Shown here: piece after piece, positions 1 through 6,660 of the stretch
Layout of the letters: the number at the start of each line of letters is the position of its first letter
Position numbering within the stretch: position 1 is the stretch's first letter
NCBI GenBank assembly: GCA_963704435.1
Contig: OY969902.1
Coordinates: 420,001 to 452,000 of the forward strand
DNA from: an uncultured archaeon
Lineage (GTDB): Archaea; Micrarchaeota; Micrarchaeia; Micrarchaeales; CABMGC01
Reading direction: 5' to 3'
DNA length: 32,000 nt
Notes under the pieces: generated by a model
Told to the model about the DNA's origin: nothing
The model's database searches: none
The model's input: the letters and a program-made list of their open reading frames with translations, nothing else
Translations under genes and position numbers: made by a program

Positions 1-787
1 AGTCAAGGACCTCGACGACCTGGTGTACACGCTGACCAGGGCGAACAGCGACCTAAGGTCTGGCGGGATAACTATCGTCGGCATATCGAACAAGACGAAC
101 TTCAAGGAGCAGCTGGACCCCAGGAGCCTGTCCACCCTGTACGAGAACGAGCTGGTCTTCCCTCCTTACAATTCGAACGAGCTCGCGACGATACTGGAGG
201 ACAGGGCCGCGAAGGGCTTCAGGCCAGGAGTAATAAGGCAGGAGACGCTGAGGCTCGCGGCCGCGATAGCCGCAAAGGAGAGCGGCGACGCAAGGCTCGC
301 CCTGAAGATAATATCCAAGGCGGGCGAGCTCGCGGAGGAGCACGGGCTCACCGGGATAAACGCGAAGGAGGTACAGGCGGCCGCGCAGGACGCCGAGGAG
401 GAGATAGCCTACGAGGTAATATCCACGCTGCCCGAGCACCAGAAGCTGGTGCTCTACGCCATCGCCCTGCTCGAGCTGCAGGGCAGCAGGTACAAGAAGC
501 TCGTGGACGGGGACGACTCGCTGATGTTCAGCGGCGAGGTGTACGCCAGGTACGCCAAGCTGTCCGAATCGCTGAAGAGGGACGCGAAGAGCAACAGGTG
601 GTACAGGAAGTACATAACCGACCTGGAGATGCAGGGGCTCATAGTGACCTACCAGTCCGGCAAGGGTGTGAGGGGCCACACCAAGCTCGTGAAGCTGTCC
701 TACCCCGCCAACAAGATAAAGGACACGATAGAGAAGAGCATATTCATGGAAAGCGAGGCCAAGGGAGACGCCAGCGTCGTTGCTTGA
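1..787 (+). CDS. Cdc6/Orc1-type replication initiator, C-terminal part (5' end outside window)
   Basis: Translated ORF 23..787 has AAA+ sensor/lid and winged-helix-like sequence typical of archaeal Orc1/Cdc6 (ISNKTNFKEQLDPRSLSTLYENELVFPPYNSNEL, SGDARLALKIISKAGELAE, YKKL...RWYRKYITDLEMQGLI). The frame is open to the window edge. Confidence 0.9.
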   Translation, partial: VKDLDDLVYTLTRANSDLRSGGITIVGISNKTNFKEQLDPRSLSTLYENELVFPPYNSNELATILEDRAAKGFRPGVIRQETLRLAAAIAAKESGDARLALKIISKAGELAEEHGLTGINAKEVQAAAQDAEEEIAYEVISTLPEHQKLVLYAIALLELQGSRYKKLVDGDDSLMFSGEVYARYAKLSESLKRDAKSNRWYRKYITDLEMQGLIVTYQSGKGVRGHTKLVKLSYPANKIKDTIEKSIFMESEAKGDASVVA

Positions 788-1310
788 TCACATGCGGTTT
801 TTCGACATAGTTGCCCTGAAGGAGGAAATGAGCATGGAGCCCCTAGCCCGCAGGCTCGGCTTCAGGAGGATCTTCCTCGCCGGGAAGGACTTCGAGATCT
901 CCGCCGATATAAAGAACCTGGGCGAGGAGGGCAAGCACATAGTCAGGAGCGGGAACAACGAGGTCCTGTCCAAGGCCATGAGGAACAACGCAGTCGTGGG
1001 CGTGGTGCTCGATGATGGCAAGGCCAGCGGAAAGTTCATAGAGGAGCTGCGCACGCATGAGAAGCTCCTGTTCATTCCGGTTGCGCCGCTCGTCTGCCCG
1101 AACCAGGAGAGCAGGTTGAGGAACCTCCACAGGGCAAAAGGGATCCTGAGGACGGCGCTGATGGGGAAGGCCGCGGTGTCCCTGGTGACGCTGGCAGAGG
1201 AAAGGGAATGCCTGCTGTCAAGCGTGCAGCTGTTCGAGATCGCGAAGCTGCTCGGCGCGAGCGACAGGGTCGCGGGCGAGATGCTCAATTCTGCGGGTGA
1301 TTCGCTATGA
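780..1310 (+). CDS. rnp3: Ribonuclease P protein component 3 (Rpp30 family); start may be ATG at 792 (MRFFDIV)
   Basis: Rpp30-like pattern (IVRSGNNEVLSKAMRNNAVVGVV, ESRLRNLHRAKGILRTALMGKAAVSLVT...LLSSVQLFEIAKLLG) and an ATGA overlap with a Pop5 gene. Confidence 0.75.
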   Translation: MLDHMRFFDIVALKEEMSMEPLARRLGFRRIFLAGKDFEISADIKNLGEEGKHIVRSGNNEVLSKAMRNNAVVGVVLDDGKASGKFIEELRTHEKLLFIPVAPLVCPNQESRLRNLHRAKGILRTALMGKAAVSLVTLAEERECLLSSVQLFEIAKLLGASDRVAGEMLNSAGDSL

Positions 1311-1633
1311 TATTCAGGAGGAAGCTGAGGTACGTGCTCATTGAGGCGAGCCACGACGTCAACCTGGCGGACAAGAGCGTGGCGGACGATCTGAAGGCGA
1401 AGTTGCGCGGGATGATGGGCGAGTCAGCCTACTTCAGGGCGAACGCGCATCTGGCTGCGCAGCTCAGGGAGGACGTTTTCATAATCAGCGTGAACAGGGG
1501 ACTCGAAAGGGAGATCGCGCTCGCGCTTTCGTTCATAAAGACGCTCGGCGGGGAGAAGGTGGGCTTCTACACAATAAAGACTTCAGGAACTATAAAGAGC
1601 CTGAAGGTGTATTTTTCCAAGACGTACGCTTAG
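1307..1633 (+). CDS. rnp2: Ribonuclease P protein component 2 (Pop5)
   Basis: Short ORF beginning RRKLRYVLIEA with C-terminal GGEKVGFYTIKTSGTIKSL, typical of Pop5; directly downstream of the Rpp30-like gene. Confidence 0.8.
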   Translation: MIFRRKLRYVLIEASHDVNLADKSVADDLKAKLRGMMGESAYFRANAHLAAQLREDVFIISVNRGLEREIALALSFIKTLGGEKVGFYTIKTSGTIKSLKVYFSKTYA

Positions 1634-1787
1634 TGGTATCCCTTCATAGCCAATCGGGCGTAGATTCACTACTACCAAGTTTTTATTGCCTCGATAGCTT
1701 AAGGAATTATGCCCCGCTTGAACTTACTGTTACCAAAGTCTCCACGATTATAATTGGCTAAGCGGGATTTATGGACTTTGCAAACAT

Positions 1788-2877
1788 CTATGGCCTGAAC
1801 AATTCTTCGAACCTCTGGGAGACCCTTTTCCTCAAAGTGTATGTATCGGCAAACCGCGCGTAGGCGAGCCAGCCCTCTAGGCTATTCCGAGCCTTCTCCC
1901 TTGTAATCTCTCCGTCACAATATTTGCGTTTAAGATTTTCAAGACGTTTCCAGATTCTTCTGGCGTTGCTTTTCTTTAGGAGCCTGTAGCGTCGGAATAT
2001 CCTAAAGCCGAGGAAAGTTATCCCCTTCCCAAGCGGAATTATCCTTGTCTTTTCCTTGTGGAGTTGTATCTTTAGGTTGTGTGACAGGAAATCTCCTATC
2101 TCCGCTCTCCATCCCTCCAATATCGCCTTATCGCTGTGAAGAATTACGAAGTCGTCCACATACCTGATGTAGTATCTGGCCTTTAGTTCGTGCTTGACGA
2201 ACCTATCAAGCTCGCCCATGTACACGTTCGCGAAAAATTGGGATGTAAGATTGCCTATCGGCATCCCCTTCCCGGGAATCTCGGTCTTATGGTTTTTGAG
2301 TATCGTCTGAATTAGCCAGATAACATTGTCGTCCTTTATCTTCCTGCCTACGATGCGCAGAAGAGTTTCGTGGTCTACAGTATCGAAGTAGTGACCGACA
2401 TCCCCTTTGAGCGCATAACCTACCGTCTGCCTATTGGCAAAAAGTTTGCGCTGCCCCCCCCCCCGACATCGTTGAATCCTTACAATTGAGAGAAACTTTT
2501 CTTAGAAACTTCTCGAACCTCTTAACTGCCATGTGCGTTCCTTTGCCTTTTTGGTTAGCGAAAGAATCATAGATAAAGTCCTTCTCCAGAATGGGACTTA
2601 TGACGTTGCATAGCGCATGATGTACCACCCTGTCCCTGAAGGGGGAAGCGCTTATCGTCCTTGTCTTTGGGTCTCTCACGATAAAAGTAGTAAGTGGAGC
2701 TGGCGAATAGGTAAAATCCAGCAGCTCGCCGTTCAGCTGGAAGAGATTGCTTTCCAACTTTTCCTCGAACTCTATGACGTAATCCTTAAGTGTTTTGCCA
2801 TTTCTCGCCTTCCTGAAGGCGAGCTCAAGATTTTTAAAGGAGCAGAGCCGGGGATATAGACGAGTGTAGGTTTTCAT
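1788..2877 (-). CDS. DGR-type reverse transcriptase, frame interrupted at an 11-nt C/G homopolymer (+ strand 2454-2464); two ORFs 2431..2877 and 1788..2264 plus joining sequence
   Basis: N-part MKTYTRLYPRLCSFKNLELAFRKARNGK...FREPK-like FIVRDPKTRTISASPFRDRVVHHALCNVISPILEKDFIYDSFANQKGKGTHMAVKRFEKFLRKVS. Joining frame reads GYALKGDVGHYFDTVDHETLLRIVGRKIKDDNVIWLIQTILKNHKTEIPGKG, then MPIGNLTSQFFANVYMGELDRFVKHELKARYYIRYVDDFVILH. It contains (I/V/L)GxxxSQ and YxDD motifs. Removing one G from the tract restores one ~362-aa frame. Confidence 0.93.
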
Positions 2878-2910
2878 ATCATCCCAGAATAGCCCTAGGA
2901 TGCAAGCCGA

Positions 2911-2998
2911 GTCATTCCAAAACCATTGTTCTGCCTGTTGTTCGCATTGACGTTCCGGCGGTTGTTGTTGAAGTCGTTGACGTTGCGGACCAGAGGTC
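2911..2998 (-). repeat. DGR template repeat (TR)
   Basis: 88-bp noncoding sequence 34 bp upstream of the RT start, aligning without gaps to 3410-3497. Coding-sense TR: gacctctggtccgcaacgtcaacgacttcaacaacaaccgccggaacgtcaatgcgaacaacaggcagaacaatggttttggaatgac, rich in AAC/AAT codons. Confidence 0.96.
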
Positions 2999-3138
2999 CA
3001 ATAGTAACCCGTCTACTTAAATGCCACATGCGTGGCTACACCACAGCTTCGCGATTTCGGACATACTTACTAGGCGTCGCTGTTGAATTTCATGTCTAGT
3101 TTTCTTTCAGGCACTAGCACTGTAAACGAGTGTGTGGC

Positions 3139-3202
3139 CCTAGGCTTGCATCTATGAACTGCAACGTTCATAGCCGGCAGGAGTTTACCTGCCAAACCTA
3201 GG
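3139..3202 (-). other. Candidate structured RNA element (three-way-junction-like) between target gene stop and TR
   Basis: CCTAGGCTT (3139-3147) pairs with AAACCTAGG (3194-3202) with one wobble in the minus-strand RNA. It encloses CTATGAAC/GTTCATAG (3152-3159/3166-3173, perfect) and GGCAGG/CCTGCC (3176-3181/3188-3193, perfect). Confidence 0.55.
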
Positions 3203-3219
3203 TAAAGTGATTGGGACGC

Positions 3220-4068
3220 TTAATCTCTTATTCTCAGTGCCTCAATCAGTTTGCGTATGGGTTCTGTTTTCTCTTCTTTGACTGTTTGAGATATTCCGGA
3301 AAGGCTTGCTTTTGCATCCTTGAGCAAGATTCCAAATTCCTCTGCGGTAACCCCACTTACTGAAATTGCCGCGGCTAGCTTAGGCTCGGCTTGCTCAAGC
3401 TCGACGCTCGCCACCCCAAAACCACCGTACTGCCAGTTGCCCGCAACGACGTACCGGCGGTAGTAGTCGAAGTCGCCGACGTAGCGGACCAGAGGCCTGA
3501 CCCCTTGACCGTCAATTCTCCATAGGTATCTTTGCGGGTCGGAAGGAAGATCATCTACTTTGGCGTAGTTGAGCGGCACTTTTGTCTTTTTATCCACTTT
3601 GCCCCAACCGGCCGTTTGAAGAAATTCATTTAGAACTATTACAGTCTCGGGTTCGGCCGTGACTATTACTTTACTACCTGTAACTTCAACGTTTAGAGGA
3701 TCAACAAATAAAGCAGCACCTTTCTTCCCTATCGCCTCTATAGGTATAGAAGAACAAGGGAATATCCATTGCCTTCCTGCGCCGTCTTTGTAGGCATCTA
3801 CGATGTCCTTGCCTTTCTTGAATACTCCATTCTTTTCTGGATAAACTAGCACTTCCCTTGCCCACGCAGGAAAATAATCCGCTTCCCTTAATTTTTTAAG
3901 CTCGTTAGCTCGGTCAGACCTCATCAGTATGTCGTCAAGCAAAACGTTAGATGGCAGGCCGCCCTTACCCTCTGCTAATTTTATTGCGTCCAGGTATCCT
4001 GCGTCTTTTCCCATAGGAACTATTCTCTGCCTTACTGCAGTTTCTTGGGCAAATGTTTGAGGCATCAT
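3220..4068 (-). CDS. DGR-diversified target protein (282 aa, family not recognised; VR encodes roughly residues 191-220)
   Basis: Open frame in the same orientation as TR and RT, containing the VR (RPLVRYVGDFDYYRRYVVAGNWQYGGFGVA). Confidence 0.88.
   Translation of the reverse strand: MMPQTFAQETAVRQRIVPMGKDAGYLDAIKLAEGKGGLPSNVLLDDILMRSDRANELKKLREADYFPAWAREVLVYPEKNGVFKKGKDIVDAYKDGAGRQWIFPCSSIPIEAIGKKGAALFVDPLNVEVTGSKVIVTAEPETVIVLNEFLQTAGWGKVDKKTKVPLNYAKVDDLPSDPQRYLWRIDGQGVRPLVRYVGDFDYYRRYVVAGNWQYGGFGVASVELEQAEPKLAAAISVSGVTAEEFGILLKDAKASLSGISQTVKEEKTEPIRKLIEALRIRD
3410..3497 (-). repeat. DGR variable repeat (VR) inside the target gene
   Basis: Coding-sense VR: ggcctctggtccgctacgtcggcgacttcgactactaccgccggtacgtcgttgcgggcaactggcagtacggtggttttggggtggc. 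It has 69/88 identity to TR, and all 19 mismatches are at TR adenines. Confidence 0.96.
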
Positions 4069-4342
4069 ATCACAAGGGTATTGTTGTTTTCCGCCTTAAT
4101 AAGCATTTTTCACGAACTGTTTTCGGGCAAAAAGTCGGATTTCCCAAAATATTCGCATTCTATCTTTTGCCTTTATCCTTTGAATCGCCAGCTCTATCGC
4201 CTTGCCTTGCAAGGCTCACGAGAGACTCCGACCACCAACGTGGTTTAAGCTCGCAAACGCGTGCTATGCGCTGGCAAAATCTACGCAAAATTTATTATAC
4301 CTTGCAGAACATATGAGTAGCACATAAAACTACGGTGAACAC

Positions 4343-4642
4343 ATGAAAATAAGCGAACTGAAGGCCGGCGCTACAAACGTAGAGCTGGAAGGAACTGTGA
4401 CTGAAAAGGGAGAATCAAGAGAAGTCATTACTAAGTATGGTAAGAGGCTCAACGTCGCTAATGCTGTAATAAGCGACGACACCGGAAGCATCTCCATTTC
4501 CCTCTGGGGAGAGAACATAGACCTGATCAACATGGGAGACAAGGTCAAGGTCACCAACGGATACGTTGGCGAGTTCAGGGGCACACCCCAGCTCTCGACC
4601 GGAAAGTACGGCAAGATCGAAGTAATAGAGAAAGCGAACTGA
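4343..4642 (+). CDS. OB-fold nucleic-acid-binding protein (RPA/SSB-like)
   Basis: MKISELKAGATNVELEGTVTEKGESREV...VANAVISDDTGSISISLWGENIDLINMGDKVKVTNGYVGEFRGTPQLSTGKYGKIEVIE, a classic RPA-type OB fold. Confidence 0.85.
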   Translation: MKISELKAGATNVELEGTVTEKGESREVITKYGKRLNVANAVISDDTGSISISLWGENIDLINMGDKVKVTNGYVGEFRGTPQLSTGKYGKIEVIEKAN

Positions 4643-4644
4643 AG

Positions 4645-5895
4645 CTATAATTCAAGCTTCAGCCCTTCTCCTACTTTTGGCGCGTGGGCCTCAAAGCCCT
4701 CCAGCCTGAGGTTTTCTGCAAACTCCTGGGTAGCGGCAGCCTCGCCGTGCACGCAGATCACGGTTTCCGGACCGCTCTCCCTGACGTACCTGTAAAGCTC
4801 GCTCTTTCCGGCATGCGCGGAGAAGTCGTAGTACGCCACGGGCGTTTTGACCGCGATCTTCTCCCCGTCGACAGTTATCGGCTTGCCTTCCAGCAGGTTC
4901 TTCCCGTTCGTCCCCTCGACCTGGTAGCCGGTGAGGAATATCTTCGAATTGGGCCTGAGCTTGGTCAGATAGTTCAGCACGGGTCCGCCGTTCAGCATCC
5001 CCGCGGTGGTGACTATCACTCCGGGCGCGACGACCGCCTCGTTCCTGCTTAGCTCGGTCCCCAGCCACGTTATCCCCTGCGCGGCGCCTACGAGCAGATC
5101 CCTGTGCTTCATGAATTCCGGATGGCGCAGCTCTATCTCCGTGGCCTTCCTTGCCATTCCGTCAATGTAGGACTGGCGTATCAGGCCGCTCTTGTACAGA
5201 AGGGCGATTATCTCCTGCGCCCTCCCGACCGCGAACACCGGCACCAGCGCGGTGCCGCCATTGTCGAGCGTCTCCCTCACCTCGCTTATGAACCTCTTCT
5301 TCAGCTCCTCCCGGTCGGGGTGCTCCCTGTCCGCATAGGTCGACTCTATGATCAGGATGTCCGTCTTGAGTATCTCCGCGCCTCCCTGCAGGATCTGCGG
5401 CTCGAGCTTGAAGTCTCCGGTGTATGCGAGCCTCCTGTCGTTCCTCGTGTCCCTGACCCTTATCTCCGAGCTGCCGCAGATGTGCCCTGCGTCATGCAGC
5501 GTTATCGCGTATTCTCCCACATCGATCTCAGGCCCGAATCCGTACGTTGCGAACCTGCTCGACATCTCCCTTACCTGCCGCTTTGAGAACTTCGGGGCCT
5601 CGTGGTTCTTCTTGGCTATCCTGAGCGAGTCGTCTATGAGGAGCTCGGCCAGCTCCTTGGTGGGAGACGTTCCGTACGTGACTGGGAAATACGTCTTGTA
5701 CAGCACCGGGATCGCGCCGCAGTGGTCGAGGTGCGCGTGGCTAAGCACGCAGGCATCCACCCTTCCAGCAGGCAGGGGGTAAGTCGTCTTGCCGTCAATC
5801 ATCGCGCCGTAGTCAAGGAGCAGATTGCTGCTTCCTTTGATTAGCATTGCGGACCTTCCGACCTCCCTCGCCCCTCCTAGAAACTCAATCTCCAA
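4645..5895 (-). CDS. Metallo-beta-lactamase/beta-CASP ribonuclease (archaeal CPSF-like)
   Basis: FLGGAREVGRS, DYGAMIDG, LSHAHLDHCGAIPVLY, YTGDFKLEP, VPVFAVGRAQEII, YDFSAHAGKSEL, VCVHGEAAATQEFAENL. Confidence 0.9.
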   Translation of the reverse strand: MEIEFLGGAREVGRSAMLIKGSSNLLLDYGAMIDGKTTYPLPAGRVDACVLSHAHLDHCGAIPVLYKTYFPVTYGTSPTKELAELLIDDSLRIAKKNHEAPKFSKRQVREMSSRFATYGFGPEIDVGEYAITLHDAGHICGSSEIRVRDTRNDRRLAYTGDFKLEPQILQGGAEILKTDILIIESTYADREHPDREELKKRFISEVRETLDNGGTALVPVFAVGRAQEIIALLYKSGLIRQSYIDGMARKATEIELRHPEFMKHRDLLVGAAQGITWLGTELSRNEAVVAPGVIVTTAGMLNGGPVLNYLTKLRPNSKIFLTGYQVEGTNGKNLLEGKPITVDGEKIAVKTPVAYYDFSAHAGKSELYRYVRESGPETVICVHGEAAATQEFAENLRLEGFEAHAPKVGEGLKLEL

Positions 5896-5960
5896 GCCAA
5901 CCGCCAGTTTGTATACCCTTTTTATGTATTAACCTTTTATAAGTCCTCGAAGATGTTACG

Positions 5961-6653
5961 ATGACCGATGATGACAAGGACAACATAACTTTCATGGACC
6001 TCGCCTGCCTTTTCAAGATCGCGCCCGACACGACGCTGGAGCGCTTCGGGGCCATAATAAATGCGAGCATCTTCGACGCCGCGAACATCTCGGGCGGACT
6101 CAAGCAGAAGGGGCTCATAAACTTCACGGCGTACTACCCCGGTCCGAACAGCATAGCTGTGACCGACGCGGGCAAGGCGCTGAAGGACGAGGCAGAGGCG
6201 AAGAGCGCGGCCGTGCTCGACGAGCTGGACGAGGAGGTGCTGAAGCAGCTCTCGGGAGGCACGCGCATGCCGACGGAGCTCCAGAGCACGCTCAACCTCA
6301 GGCCGAAGGATCTCGCGCTCAGGATATACAAGCTCGGCAGGCAGGGCCTCCTGAGCTACGAGCTCAAGAACGGGAACGTCGAGCTCATGCTCACGGAGCA
6401 GGGCTTCTTCAAGGCCAAGGCGGCGCACGCTGCGCCGGTCGCAACGGGCGCGGTCCAGCAGGGCGTGGCGCCGAAGGCGGCTGGACAGGCACCCGCGCAG
6501 GGTCCCGCGAACGCGGCTAAGGCTGACCCGCCTGGCGCAGTAAAGGGCGGACGCAGGCGCACGACGCTCCTCGTCGCGGTCGGCGTAATCGCAGTCGTAG
6601 CGGTCATAATCATCTTCCTGTACGGAAGCGGACTGCTGAACCTGATAATATAG
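5961..6653 (+). CDS. Hypothetical protein: winged-helix-like N-terminal region, Ala/Pro/Gly linker and single C-terminal transmembrane segment
   Basis: Translated ORF; C-terminal RRRTTLLVAVGVIAVVAVIIIFLYGSGLLNLII is a clear hydrophobic anchor. Confidence 0.7.
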   Translation: MTDDDKDNITFMDLACLFKIAPDTTLERFGAIINASIFDAANISGGLKQKGLINFTAYYPGPNSIAVTDAGKALKDEAEAKSAAVLDELDEEVLKQLSGGTRMPTELQSTLNLRPKDLALRIYKLGRQGLLSYELKNGNVELMLTEQGFFKAKAAHAAPVATGAVQQGVAPKAAGQAPAQGPANAAKADPPGAVKGGRRRTTLLVAVGVIAVVAVIIIFLYGSGLLNLII

Positions 6654-6660
6654 TGTTTTT

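Noticed and set aside
1788-2877. RT as a group II intron maturase or retron RT
   Set aside because: No maturase, endonuclease or msr-msd organisation is seen; the GxxxSQ motif and the adjacent adenine-mutated TR/VR pair specifically indicate a DGR.
4187-4275. tRNA-like cloverleaf with closing stem GCCAGC/GCTGGC
   Set aside because: No T-arm GGTTCGANTCC, no proper D-arm or anticodon stem on either strand; kept only as a generic structured element.
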